Assembly: GCA_049889275.1 (NCBI GenBank)
Contig: JBMHDS010000022.1
Coordinates: 197,437 to 261,436, forward strand
DNA: 64,000 nucleotides
Direction of reading: 5' to 3'
Source: Bradymonadia bacterium
GTDB lineage: Bacteria > Myxococcota_A > Bradymonadia > UBA7976 > UBA1532
In this document: positions 22,170 through 32,005 of the stretch, one piece after another
Position numbering within the stretch: the stretch's first letter is position 1
Layout: each line of letters opens with the position of its first letter
The notes under the pieces: model-generated
Database searches by the model: none
What the model was told of the DNA's origin: nothing
What the model saw: only the letters and a program-made list of their open reading frames with translations
Position numbers and translations under genes: made by a program

Positions 22170-23993
22170 ATGAAGTGCCCCCGGTGTGACCGTCGATTAG
22201 AGTCCAGCGATCGCTATTGCGGTCGCTGTGGACTTGCGCGCTCAGCAGATGGCCGTTCTGTCGATCCATTACTTGGTCTGACCATCGGGGATCGCTATCG
22301 CATAGACGAGCGTATCGGTGTTGGCGGCATGGGCACTGTTTATAAAGGGACGCACACACGTCTCGGGCAACGAGTCGCCATCAAAGTGCTCCACGAGCGC
22401 TATGCTGCCGATGAGAAGTTAATTCAGAGGTTTGAAAAGGAGGCACTCACCTACGGTCAGGTTTGCCATCCGAACCTTGTCAGCCTCCATGACTTTGGCC
22501 GCACCGATGCCGGTATGTTTTACATGGTGCTCGAATACTGCCCAGGGATCTCTCTTGCCAAGTTGATTCGTGACCAGGGGCGACTGAAACCCCTACTGGC
22601 TGCAGATATCATTTTACAGATCGCTCAAGGCCTCGGTGAAGCCCATAAAGAGGGTATTATCCATCGCGACCTGAAGCCTGAAAATGTCATTTTGACGAAC
22701 ATACGCCCGGGTCATTTTCACGTCCGTCTACTCGACTTCGGTATCGCGAAGCATATTGACGATGACGGACCGAGGTTGACCCAGGCGGGTATGGTATTCG
22801 GCACGCCTGAGTACATGGCGCCTGAGCAAGCGCGGGGCAAAAAGGTAGACGGGCGAAGCGACATCTATGCTCTCGGAACAATGCTCTACGAGCTCTTGGC
22901 TGGTGATCCGCCTTTTGTTGGTTCCGATAAGCTCCGCATCATGCATCAGCAGGCACATGACGAGCCGCCACCCCTCTATGAAGTCGTACCCGGGTTATCC
23001 GTCGACACAGAACTCGATGGGATTGTGGTTCGTGCTCTAAGAAAAGAGCCTAAGGCTCGTTACGAGAATACGGCGGTTTTGATCAGCGCTCTTGAGGCGT
23101 ACATCAAGTCGGCGCAGCGTGGTCTCATTCCTACGAGCACCGTGAACTCAGCTCAGCAGATGACAAAAGAAACCAGTCAGACCACTTCGGCTATGATGCC
23201 ATCGATGTCTGATAGCCTGCCGACAGCGCCGCTCACGGGGGCCGATTCATCGATGACATTATCCGTTCTCAGGCGTCCGTCTGTGTTGGCAGCCGTCGGG
23301 GTTGCGAGTATCTTTTTACTCGCGGTCGGATGGTTCCATTACGCCTCTCATGAGGCGTCTGAGGACCCTCAGGCAACCACCGCTCATCAACGGCCCGCGA
23401 ACACTGAGGTTGCTGGAACAAAGGCGCCGTATGCGAAGGCCGAAGTCATTGAACGTCGGTCGGAACAAGAGACGACCGCCACGCCTTCCAAATCTGCGAG
23501 ACCTTCGGTTAAGCCGTCTCATAGGGTTGCTAAGCCCACTCAGAATCGTGCTCGACCTCGCGCATCGGCGCCAGTCGGTCGGCCGTCTGCTGAGCAATTA
23601 CAACAGCAACGCGCTCAGCGATTGCGAGAAGAGAGAGCTTTGGCTGCCAAAAAACAGGCCGAGGAGGCGAGACTCAGGGCAAGGAGGATTGCTCGTAGCA
23701 AATCCATTGATGAGGCTCGAACACTGCTGCAAAAGGGTCGTTTTGAGGCGGCAGCGGTTCTCGTCGAGAATCTTTACAAGGCTGATAGGCAAGATGAGCG
23801 CACCCGCACTTTGCGTAACCAGATTATCGGAATGCGTAAACTCTTACATGCGGGACAGGTTGCATATCGCTCTGGTCATTGCGGAAAAGCGGTCAAGACG
23901 ATGAAGCGTGTTCTAGAAGTCAGTCCGAAACTGTCAAAAGCGAGCGCGGTTATCGAAAACTGCCAGTTTGCAAGCCCACCCACACAGCTTTGA
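22170..23993 (+). CDS. Hanks-type Ser/Thr protein kinase with N-terminal zinc ribbon, one TM helix and a basic coiled-coil/TPR-like C-terminal region.
   Basis: CPRCDRRL...CGRCG zinc ribbon; kinase motifs VAIKVL, IIHRDLKPENVIL, DFGIAK and GTPEYMAPE; TM segment VLAAVGVASIFLLAVGWF; Arg/Gln/Ala-rich coiled coil. Confidence 0.9.
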   Translation: MKCPRCDRRLESSDRYCGRCGLARSADGRSVDPLLGLTIGDRYRIDERIGVGGMGTVYKGTHTRLGQRVAIKVLHERYAADEKLIQRFEKEALTYGQVCHPNLVSLHDFGRTDAGMFYMVLEYCPGISLAKLIRDQGRLKPLLAADIILQIAQGLGEAHKEGIIHRDLKPENVILTNIRPGHFHVRLLDFGIAKHIDDDGPRLTQAGMVFGTPEYMAPEQARGKKVDGRSDIYALGTMLYELLAGDPPFVGSDKLRIMHQQAHDEPPPLYEVVPGLSVDTELDGIVVRALRKEPKARYENTAVLISALEAYIKSAQRGLIPTSTVNSAQQMTKETSQTTSAMMPSMSDSLPTAPLTGADSSMTLSVLRRPSVLAAVGVASIFLLAVGWFHYASHEASEDPQATTAHQRPANTEVAGTKAPYAKAEVIERRSEQETTATPSKSARPSVKPSHRVAKPTQNRARPRASAPVGRPSAEQLQQQRAQRLREERALAAKKQAEEARLRARRIARSKSIDEARTLLQKGRFEAAAVLVENLYKADRQDERTRTLRNQIIGMRKLLHAGQVAYRSGHCGKAVKTMKRVLEVSPKLSKASAVIENCQFASPPTQL

Positions 23994-24019
23994 TCAGTGA
24001 ACCGTTCAAGATAAAGCCT

Positions 24020-24994
24020 TCAGGGTTCATCTTCGATATTTAATGCGTTGAGAATCGACTCTACACTGTCTGACTTACCAAGCTTTTGCCCAACCAAGCC
24101 GTGCAGCAGCTGCACGCGCGCATCGCTCGTTCCCTGACTGAGTGCACCGAGTAAACGATACGCAGCTCTATACTGTTTCGACCTGGTGAGCGCGACGGCT
24201 TGAATAAACCGAATACGCTGCCTGCCTGCCGCAACGGGCGCGACGAGCTGAGCAGCTTTCTTGGGTTCATTGAGGGCAAGGTGTGCCAATCCATCCATCG
24301 TCGCAGCGTATGTCTTCTCTTCGCCTGTGAACGTATCCTTGTCGAGTAGTTCCCAAGCCGACGCCAACTCCGTCAATGTCTTCGTCTCAGCGCGTACGGT
24401 GACAATCCACCAATTATCGAGTGCACGTTTGGAGTGTTCCATCAGGTTTTGGCGGATGAGCTGTCGAGCATCTCCAATCTTTGGGTCGATGTAGCCGCTC
24501 TCCAAGAGTTGATTGAGCGCACCGATTGCGCCTTCATTGCCTGTGAATCGTCCTGATTTAGCGCGTACGCTGATCACTTCGAATGTCTTCGATATTTTCT
24601 TCGGGCGCGCCTTAGACGGAGCTTTCTTCACACGTTTCAGCAATAGGCTGATCTCCGCTTTGACCTTTTCGGCGTCGGGCGCGGAGGGTGCTAATTCTTG
24701 GTAGAACCAATATGCTTTGAGTGCCTTTGCCGGTTCATTGGCCCAGCTAAGAGCACGCGCCAGAGCTCGATATACAGCAGCATTCTTGGGGAATAACTGC
24801 GCGAGTTTCCTGAAAGCACGCACAGCATGGTTATACTTACCCGTGTTGTACAACTCTTTTGCTTGTTCTGTCAGTGGGTGCGTTGGATACGCGGGCGTCT
24901 GGCCTTGAGCGAAGGCGCTCAGTATGGGCATACACAAGGTACTGACCGCGATCAGATAAATACAGGCACCTCGTTTAATCTGTCGAACGCTCAT
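24020..24994 (-). CDS. Secreted tetratricopeptide-repeat protein.
   Basis: N-terminal signal peptide; repeated TPR-like helical hairpins (YNTGKYNHAVRAFRKLAQLFPKNAAVYRALARAL...). Confidence 0.65.
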   Translation of the reverse strand: MSVRQIKRGACIYLIAVSTLCMPILSAFAQGQTPAYPTHPLTEQAKELYNTGKYNHAVRAFRKLAQLFPKNAAVYRALARALSWANEPAKALKAYWFYQELAPSAPDAEKVKAEISLLLKRVKKAPSKARPKKISKTFEVISVRAKSGRFTGNEGAIGALNQLLESGYIDPKIGDARQLIRQNLMEHSKRALDNWWIVTVRAETKTLTELASAWELLDKDTFTGEEKTYAATMDGLAHLALNEPKKAAQLVAPVAAGRQRIRFIQAVALTRSKQYRAAYRLLGALSQGTSDARVQLLHGLVGQKLGKSDSVESILNALNIEDEP

Positions 24995-26515
24995 CTACAG
25001 TAGGCCTTTGAGATCAAAGTTGTACTCACCATTGATTGTCCATGTGACACTTGGCCGGCTGTCTGGCCAATAATCAAGAATGATGGATGACCCGAGCCAC
25101 CAAGCTGGCGTCACGCTGTAACGAAGACCCAGCTCAGTGCCTGCAAACAGGCGGGTTTCGGCTGCTCGGAAGGGTGTATTTTCCGCAGCACCGCTCAATT
25201 CTTCAAAGGCCAGGCCCAAACCAGCTAACGCAAAAGCATCGACTCGCCAAATCTGATATCGCAAGCCAGGCCACGCGATTCGTAACATGGTTCGATCAAG
25301 AGACTCGAGTAAGCCGTTTGAGTCGTTATCCAAAATAATTCTGCTGTCGTTGAGACCTGTTTGCATGCTGAGACCAATACCGAGTAGGTCGAGATGCTTG
25401 CTTCGCCAGCCTGCGCTGAGTTCGATACCGAGCATTGCGATGGACTCAGACTGTGTCTTCAGTTTGTAATTTCGGTTTGTTTCAAGGTCCAGGCGTCCAT
25501 TTCGTGAGGAAATGGTCTGGAGCTGAGTGCGCACATACCAATTATTCTGATAGGTATCTGGGTGGCGCGACCGCATCGCGATTCGCCATGGTGGTTCAGC
25601 ACCTTGGAGTTTGAGCTTCAATGCATGTTCGACACCCGCCCTGATTTCGACATTCTGGCTAAATGACTCATAGCCTTCCGCTTCGACCCGTAAAATATGT
25701 TGTCCCGGCGAGACGTCGCGAAGGGTCTTTGGCGTTGACCAAAGTTCACCATCGAGAAAAACCCGTGCATCTTCCGGCGTCGTTCTGAGCGATAACCGTC
25801 CGAACTCTGGGGCGAGTTTGACTGTAAGTTTGATCGATTGATTGGCGCCGACTTCAATTGGCTCTTCAGTTGTCTTATAATTTTCGGCCTCTATCGTGAT
25901 CACATGCTTGCCCGCAGGCAACATGTAGGTACCGCTGCCCTCTCCATGGGACCTGCCGTCGATGCGAAAAGATGCCGTCGGTGGTGTTACGTCGAGAATG
26001 AGGCGTCCCTGTCCGATCAAGGCCACAAATGCGGCGCGAGCGGCTTCAGCTACATCGGCGCCGCGACCTGAAAAAACTCGCCGCTGACCGGAGTCCGCTC
26101 TGAGGATAGTCAGCTTGACCCGATATGCCTCGCCATCGCGAACCGCGGCTGCGTCGACGCGTGCCTGGAAGCCAAGTAGATTGAGAATACCTTGGGCCTC
26201 TTGTTCACAGGATGAGCTGTCATCTAGACACCCAAAGTTGCCCGGTAAGGGTAAATCGCTTAAGTACGCCTCCAGTTCGTCTGGCAATAGAAGATGGTGG
26301 GCGTATTCGTCCGTTCTCTCCAGTGCGAGAGCGGACCTGATCTCTTGGCCAAATGGGCCCGGATAGTTCCAGTAGATCGGCGCTTGAGGATTTGCCCAGG
26401 CGAGTTGGGCAAATAGCATTATCGGCATTAGGTATCTCACAGTTTGCGACCATAGCTTGAATGGGTGAGAAGGCCAATACATCGTTGAGATGAATAGATT
26501 AGAGGCGTCACTCAT
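24995..26515 (-). CDS. PEGA-domain protein with a C-terminal putative outer-membrane beta-barrel.
   Basis: Two PEGA-like modules (LPAGKHVITIEAENYKT and VSPGQHILRVEAEGYESF); C-terminal ~230 aa of alternating hydrophobic beta-strand pattern; stop abuts the downstream TPR gene. Confidence 0.5.
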   Translation of the reverse strand: MSDASNLFISTMYWPSHPFKLWSQTVRYLMPIMLFAQLAWANPQAPIYWNYPGPFGQEIRSALALERTDEYAHHLLLPDELEAYLSDLPLPGNFGCLDDSSSCEQEAQGILNLLGFQARVDAAAVRDGEAYRVKLTILRADSGQRRVFSGRGADVAEAARAAFVALIGQGRLILDVTPPTASFRIDGRSHGEGSGTYMLPAGKHVITIEAENYKTTEEPIEVGANQSIKLTVKLAPEFGRLSLRTTPEDARVFLDGELWSTPKTLRDVSPGQHILRVEAEGYESFSQNVEIRAGVEHALKLKLQGAEPPWRIAMRSRHPDTYQNNWYVRTQLQTISSRNGRLDLETNRNYKLKTQSESIAMLGIELSAGWRSKHLDLLGIGLSMQTGLNDSRIILDNDSNGLLESLDRTMLRIAWPGLRYQIWRVDAFALAGLGLAFEELSGAAENTPFRAAETRLFAGTELGLRYSVTPAWWLGSSIILDYWPDSRPSVTWTINGEYNFDLKGLL

Positions 26516-26604
26516 TGCCAGAAACCGTTCTTTCCTTGCGATTCTTCCACAGTGTGAAATACAGTCCGCGAAGACGAGTTCGTCCAGTTGATGACAATCG
26601 ATGA

Positions 26605-27063
26605 TTGGAATGTGCCATGTTCAGCCAGCTCACGCGTTTGATGATCGCCGCAGCCTTTATGTCAGGTTGTGGCGAAGAGACACCTGCACCCAATAAGCCT
26701 TTTGTGACAGCGGCGTCCGCGGTTTGTCGAGCGGTGGGCACAGATAGCGTCGTGAAGCTCGCTTCAGTGACAGTCTCGGTAACCGATCTCGATGGCGCTG
26801 AGGATTTGGACAGCGTTAGGGCAATCGTTGGCGCCGTAGGTCTCGAGATGGAAAAGGTCTCATTGACTGACGCAACGCCCGTCGATGGTTGTGATGGAGA
26901 GGAAGACGTTTGTCAGGCTGAGTATCGTTGGCGCCGGGGAGCAAACACACCACAAATCTTGTGCGGTGACAGCGGCAATCAGCTTCAAATCCAGTTTGAG
27001 GTCAAAGATGTGGCGGGCTTCGCCGACCGCGTGATTATCAGCACAAGTCTTGAGCAAAACTGA
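26605..27063 (+). CDS. Hypothetical lipoprotein.
   Basis: Signal peptide with lipobox FMSGC. Confidence 0.4.
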   Translation: MECAMFSQLTRLMIAAAFMSGCGEETPAPNKPFVTAASAVCRAVGTDSVVKLASVTVSVTDLDGAEDLDSVRAIVGAVGLEMEKVSLTDATPVDGCDGEEDVCQAEYRWRRGANTPQILCGDSGNQLQIQFEVKDVAGFADRVIISTSLEQN

Positions 27064-27191
27064 ACCAAGTTGAGTTTGTGCAGTCTATCTACCTCGTAGC
27101 CGAATCGATGGGCAGAGACGTCCATCGTCATCTGATAAAATTGGCTGGTTGGCGGCCGAAACTGGCCGTCTTGATTCCATAAAAAGACGAT

Positions 27192-27914
27192 ATGACAATG
27201 AATGACAATGAATGGTCCGATGCGCGATTTGAAGCCATCGATGACATGCAGCGATTTCGTCAACAACGGGGTTTTACAATGCGTCACCCCATTGTTTTAC
27301 TCGCTGTTCTCGCCGGGTCTATTTTTTTGGCATACCAAACGTGGCCGAAGGCAGCCTTCTTTTTCGCTGAGCCAACAGACTGTGGTGAGTTAAGTCTACG
27401 ACCGGCGCAGGAGGCACAGAAAGAAGGCTCAGCGCCACCGCTCATGCATGATATGTTTTGTCGTTTAAAGGGCATTAATGGACAGCTGAGCGCCCTCGCC
27501 ACCGCTAAGAAGAACGGGGAGCAGCCTTTCAAAGATGGTATGTTTGAGACGAAGTCATCGCTGGAAGGCGTCAAATATTACGTCAAATTAGTTGGCGCGA
27601 ATGTTGTCGCTGTGATTCCTGCGAACCGTGATGACATCATGAGGTTTCGCGAGCGAAAAGGGAGTATCACAGGCTTCGAATTTGATGACGCGGGGCGGCT
27701 CATTGAACCGAGTCGTCTGCCCTATCTCAATCGAACGGCTTCGGCGCTGCGGATTCGTTGGGCGATACCAGATTCTGAAAAGCTCTTCATATTTGACCTT
27801 ACGCAGAGACCTCAGGACCGTTGGACGGACCTCACCGTCGTCGGCATTATGCTCTTGACCGCTTTGCTTGCCACATTCGGTCTGTTCAGGTCTTTCCGGC
27901 GTTCGCGAGCTTGA
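27192..27914 (+). CDS. Hypothetical membrane protein (N- and C-terminal TM helices).
   Basis: TM segments HPIVLLAVLAGSIFLAY and LTVVGIMLLTALLATFGLF. Confidence 0.4.
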   Translation: MTMNDNEWSDARFEAIDDMQRFRQQRGFTMRHPIVLLAVLAGSIFLAYQTWPKAAFFFAEPTDCGELSLRPAQEAQKEGSAPPLMHDMFCRLKGINGQLSALATAKKNGEQPFKDGMFETKSSLEGVKYYVKLVGANVVAVIPANRDDIMRFRERKGSITGFEFDDAGRLIEPSRLPYLNRTASALRIRWAIPDSEKLFIFDLTQRPQDRWTDLTVVGIMLLTALLATFGLFRSFRRSRA

Positions 27915-27989
27915 TGTAATCGTTCCGACCCTTGCACCAGCGGGCTTCATCCCGCACACTGCCTGCGGGATACAGACTTTGAGTACTCA

Positions 27990-29018
27990 ATGAACTTCAT
28001 CGAAAATATCGCGAGCCAGTTTCCGATCGGGCCGATTAAGGCGATCGATGAAATCAAGAGTGGCTTGATGCATTCGACCTTTCATGTCATCTCAGAATTA
28101 GGCGATTACACGCTACAGCGGTTGCATGCGAAGTTGTCGACGCCTGAGATCATCGGAGACTTTGAAGCGGTCACCCAATACTTGGCGTCGAAGCATCTCA
28201 TCGCCCCTCGACTTGTGAGGACGAAGCAGCAGACACTTGTCCATGTCGATGAACATGGTCGATGGTGGAGGATGGCAACCTGGATTGGGGGTGAGACGCG
28301 TAAGCGGGTTCAGTCTTCCGTTGAGGCGCACGAAGGTGCACGCGCACTCGGGCGTTTTCACAGGGGCGTCGCCGACTTTGAACATCGATTCGCCTCTCAG
28401 CACCCGCTGCATGACACCGTGGCTCACTTAAACGGCCTTAAGGCGGCAGTGGAGACGCATCAGCATCAGCCTTATTTCAAGCAGATCGAGCGCTCCGTAG
28501 ACGAGATCCTGAATGCATTGCCAGATTTAATACTGCCTGACTTATTGCCGCGACGTGTCGTCCATGGAGACCCGAAAATCAGTAATGTACTGTTTCGTGG
28601 CGACGAGGCTGTGGGTTTGATCGACTTGGACACGTGTAACCGACATACCGTTCTTGTAGACCTCGGCGACGCGGTTCGATCGTGGTGCCGAGATGGGAGC
28701 GAGGACGAGCAACAACATTTCCGGATCGATCGTTTTGAAGCGATTCTTGCTGGTTATGCGGAGGATGGATTGACCTTAAGCCGTCATGAGATTGATTATC
28801 TTGGTCAGGCGGGTAGAACGATCACCATGGAGCTTGCCTCACGATTCGCAAAAGATGTGATGGTCGATGAGTACTTTGCTTACGATACACTGCGTTACGA
28901 AAGTCGACGGGCACACAATGTAGCTCGAACCCGCGCAATGATTTTTCTCGCGCATGACATGAAGCGCCAAGAGGCGGACGTTCGCCGCTTGGTTGCGCAT
29001 TATTTTCCAGGGACTTAA
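27990..29018 (+). CDS. Aminoglycoside-phosphotransferase (APH)-fold small-molecule kinase; candidate sugar anomeric 1-kinase.
   Basis: Brenner/catalytic-loop motif VHGDPKISNVLF and metal-binding IDLDT; 5-bp gap to the downstream phosphohexomutase gene. Confidence 0.65.
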   Translation: MNFIENIASQFPIGPIKAIDEIKSGLMHSTFHVISELGDYTLQRLHAKLSTPEIIGDFEAVTQYLASKHLIAPRLVRTKQQTLVHVDEHGRWWRMATWIGGETRKRVQSSVEAHEGARALGRFHRGVADFEHRFASQHPLHDTVAHLNGLKAAVETHQHQPYFKQIERSVDEILNALPDLILPDLLPRRVVHGDPKISNVLFRGDEAVGLIDLDTCNRHTVLVDLGDAVRSWCRDGSEDEQQHFRIDRFEAILAGYAEDGLTLSRHEIDYLGQAGRTITMELASRFAKDVMVDEYFAYDTLRYESRRAHNVARTRAMIFLAHDMKRQEADVRRLVAHYFPGT

Positions 29019-29023
29019 TTCAA

Positions 29024-30757
29024 ATGACTGAAATAGTTGAGTTGGCAAGGCGCTGGGTCGAACAAGACCCCGACCCAGAGACCAAAGCTGCTGGAGCACT
29101 CTTGATCGAGTCAGGCTCCGGTGAAGTGCTTGCGAGTCATTTTGGACATAGGCTCAGTTTTGGTACGGCTGGTATGCGCGGTGCGCTGGGACCCGGTCCG
29201 AACCGAATGAACGCATCCATGGTTATCCGGGTGACTTCAGCTGTAGGTCAGTATGTCAAACAGCGAGTCGATGGTGCGTGTGAGCGTGGTGCTGTGATCG
29301 GCTATGATGGACGTCATGGTTCGCGCCCGTTTGCTGATTATGCGGCAAGGGTCCTTCTTGCCGAAGGCTTTAAGGTCTACCGTTTTGATAGCGTTGTGCC
29401 CACCCCTCGTCTGGCGCACGCACTCCACGCGCTTGGCGGCGCGGTCGGCATCATGGTCACCGCAAGCCACAATCCGCCTCAGGACAATGGTTATAAGGTT
29501 TATTGGGAAGACGGCGCCCAGATTATTCCGCCTCATGACCAAGGTATCAGCGCAATTCTAGATACCATCGATAATACGATGGATATACCCCTCGACGATT
29601 TGGCTCAGGGCAAACTCGATGGGCGTCTTCTGTCCATTCCTGATTCGGTCCAAAATGACTATTTTGAAAGCGTCCAGAAATTGCGCGTTTACTCGGGTCC
29701 AACACCCCTAAAGCTCGTTTATTCAGCGATGCATGGTGTCGGTCGTGCCAGCGTAGAACGGGTTTTGGCCGAGGGAGGCTATGCAAATGTTCACTCTGTC
29801 GAGGCGCAGGCAGAGCCGGATCCCGATTTTCCAACCGTCTCCTTTCCTAATCCGGAGGAAGATGGTGCTATGGACCTGTCCTTGGAACTTGCCAGCGCGA
29901 TCGGCGCTGACCTCATCTTAGCCAATGACCCTGACGCTGACCGTCTTTGCGTAGGTATCCCACATAAGGGGGGCTACCGTTTGCTCACTGGCAACGAGAT
30001 TGGCGTGCTCTTGGCGGACGAACTCCTCCACTATGGTCATTCAGCTGGTGACGCCCTTGTGGTCACGACCATCGTTTCGACGTCCATGTTGCAAAAGATC
30101 GCCGCAGCGTATGGTGCAAAATGTGCTGAAACGCTGACCGGATTTAAGTGGCTTGCCCATGAAGGAATGAAACATCAAGCGTCCGGTGGACACTTCGCTG
30201 TCGGTTTCGAAGAAGCGATTGGATATTCGATCGGTGGGCTTGTTCGCGACAAGGACGGCGTCTCAGCAGCTTTAATCTTTGCCGACTTGGCATCTAGAGC
30301 GGCAAGTGCCGGTTTGACAGTCGAAGACCGACTGAATCAACTCTATCGGCGTCATGGGCTTTATTTAACTACTCAGAAGAGCTTTGTTTTTCCTGGTCAG
30401 GCCGGAAAAGAAACCATGGACCGAATGATGGAGAGCTTACGCGACAGCACGCCTCAAACCTTGGATGGCAGCGCCATTCATATGGTCAAGGATTATGGGA
30501 CTGGCCAAAGTCGAGAAGTTGATACGGCTGTTGTCGGCCACATCGACTTACCCAAGAGTAATGTACTGGGCTTTCATATGGAAAATGGCTCAAGACTCAT
30601 GGTTCGTCCCTCTGGTACTGAGCCCAAGATTAAGTTTTATTTTGAGATTTGCGAGTCGGTGCAAGATGCAGAATCCGTGGATGAGACATCCGTGCGCGCA
30701 TCTAAGCGATTGGCAAGTTTCGTACAGTCTACGATGGCAATGTTCGAACAAGAATAG
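29024..30757 (+). CDS. Alpha-D-phosphohexomutase (PgcA-type phosphoglucomutase/phosphomannomutase).
   Basis: Motifs FGTAGMRG, phosphoserine loop TASHNP and sugar-binding GFEEAIGY; 577 aa, typical of PgcA-type. Confidence 0.9.
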   Translation: MTEIVELARRWVEQDPDPETKAAGALLIESGSGEVLASHFGHRLSFGTAGMRGALGPGPNRMNASMVIRVTSAVGQYVKQRVDGACERGAVIGYDGRHGSRPFADYAARVLLAEGFKVYRFDSVVPTPRLAHALHALGGAVGIMVTASHNPPQDNGYKVYWEDGAQIIPPHDQGISAILDTIDNTMDIPLDDLAQGKLDGRLLSIPDSVQNDYFESVQKLRVYSGPTPLKLVYSAMHGVGRASVERVLAEGGYANVHSVEAQAEPDPDFPTVSFPNPEEDGAMDLSLELASAIGADLILANDPDADRLCVGIPHKGGYRLLTGNEIGVLLADELLHYGHSAGDALVVTTIVSTSMLQKIAAAYGAKCAETLTGFKWLAHEGMKHQASGGHFAVGFEEAIGYSIGGLVRDKDGVSAALIFADLASRAASAGLTVEDRLNQLYRRHGLYLTTQKSFVFPGQAGKETMDRMMESLRDSTPQTLDGSAIHMVKDYGTGQSREVDTAVVGHIDLPKSNVLGFHMENGSRLMVRPSGTEPKIKFYFEICESVQDAESVDETSVRASKRLASFVQSTMAMFEQE

Positions 30758-30775
30758 GGCTGAGAAGGATTTAAA

Positions 30776-31996
30776 ATGGTAGATTTCTTTGCATTTAAGG
30801 GCTGGCGGCCGACTCCGGATAAGGCTGAGGAAGTTGCGGCAGTGCCCTATGACGTTGTCAACACAGAAGAGGCGCGTGCGCTTGTAACATCGGCGCCCGA
30901 TAGTTTGCTGCGTGTCACGCGGCCAGACGTTGATTTACCCGACGGTGCATCTTTGTACAGTGATGCCGCCTATGAAGGCGCAAGACATGCGCTCAACCGA
31001 CTGATTGATGATGGCGTGATCACGCAGGATGGTACTGCTGGTTATTATGCCTATGCGCAGCACATGGGTGCCCACGTTCAGACTGGTATCGTGGGTCTTG
31101 TAAGCGCATCGGATTATTGGGCTGATCGCATCAAGAAACACGAATTTACACGTCCGACTAAAGAAGACGATCGCATGCGGCATATCGAGGCGGTCGGTGC
31201 GCATCTTGGACCAGTCTTTATGGCTTATCGAACACGTGCGGCCGTGGACGCGTGCATCCAAAGCGTCACAGCTCAGACGCCGGAGGTAGACTTTGTCGCA
31301 CCCGATGGTATTCGACACCAGGTCTGGCCAATCGCAAGTGGCGAAGCCATTGCGCTGCTGGAATCAGAGTTTAAAGCACTGGATGCTCTCTATATCGCCG
31401 ACGGACATCACCGCGCGGCGGCAGCCTCTAGAATTGGGCGAGATTGTGCTGCGGGTGATCCAAAAGGCCTCTTCCTAGCGGTCGCCTTTCCAGATTCGGC
31501 GCTCAAGATTCTACCCTACAATCGGGTGGTTCATCATAAGGGTGGGCAGAGTGATTCAGCACTACTCGAAAAGCTAAGCGCGCTCTTTGAGATCAATCCT
31601 TTACCAGAAGCCAGTGAGCCTCAGGCCACCTTACACTTCAGCATGTTTCTCTCCGGGCAGTGGTATCGACTCGCACTCAAAGAAGCCTTTCGGCCCGATC
31701 CGAATGACCCCGTGGCGCGATTGGACGTGAGCGTTCTCCAAGACCTCGTCCTAGAACCCATGTTTGGTATTGCAGACCCGCGAACCGATGATGGTATCTC
31801 CTTTGTTGGCGGTATTCGTGGGCTCGAAGAATTAGAGAACAAAGCTACGGCTTTTGGTGGTGTCTCTTTCGCGCTCTATCCCACGAGTTTGGAAGACCTC
31901 ATGGATATCGCCGACGCAGGTGAGGTGATGCCCCCCAAATCCACTTGGTTCGAACCAAAATTGCGGTCGGGGTTGGTGATCAGCCGATACCGTTGA
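30776..31996 (+). CDS. DUF1015-family protein.
   Basis: Conserved YIADGHHR motif that I recall as diagnostic of DUF1015 (PF06245); about 400 aa. Confidence 0.55.
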   Translation: MVDFFAFKGWRPTPDKAEEVAAVPYDVVNTEEARALVTSAPDSLLRVTRPDVDLPDGASLYSDAAYEGARHALNRLIDDGVITQDGTAGYYAYAQHMGAHVQTGIVGLVSASDYWADRIKKHEFTRPTKEDDRMRHIEAVGAHLGPVFMAYRTRAAVDACIQSVTAQTPEVDFVAPDGIRHQVWPIASGEAIALLESEFKALDALYIADGHHRAAAASRIGRDCAAGDPKGLFLAVAFPDSALKILPYNRVVHHKGGQSDSALLEKLSALFEINPLPEASEPQATLHFSMFLSGQWYRLALKEAFRPDPNDPVARLDVSVLQDLVLEPMFGIADPRTDDGISFVGGIRGLEELENKATAFGGVSFALYPTSLEDLMDIADAGEVMPPKSTWFEPKLRSGLVISRYR

Positions 31997-32005
31997 GTCT
32001 GCGAT

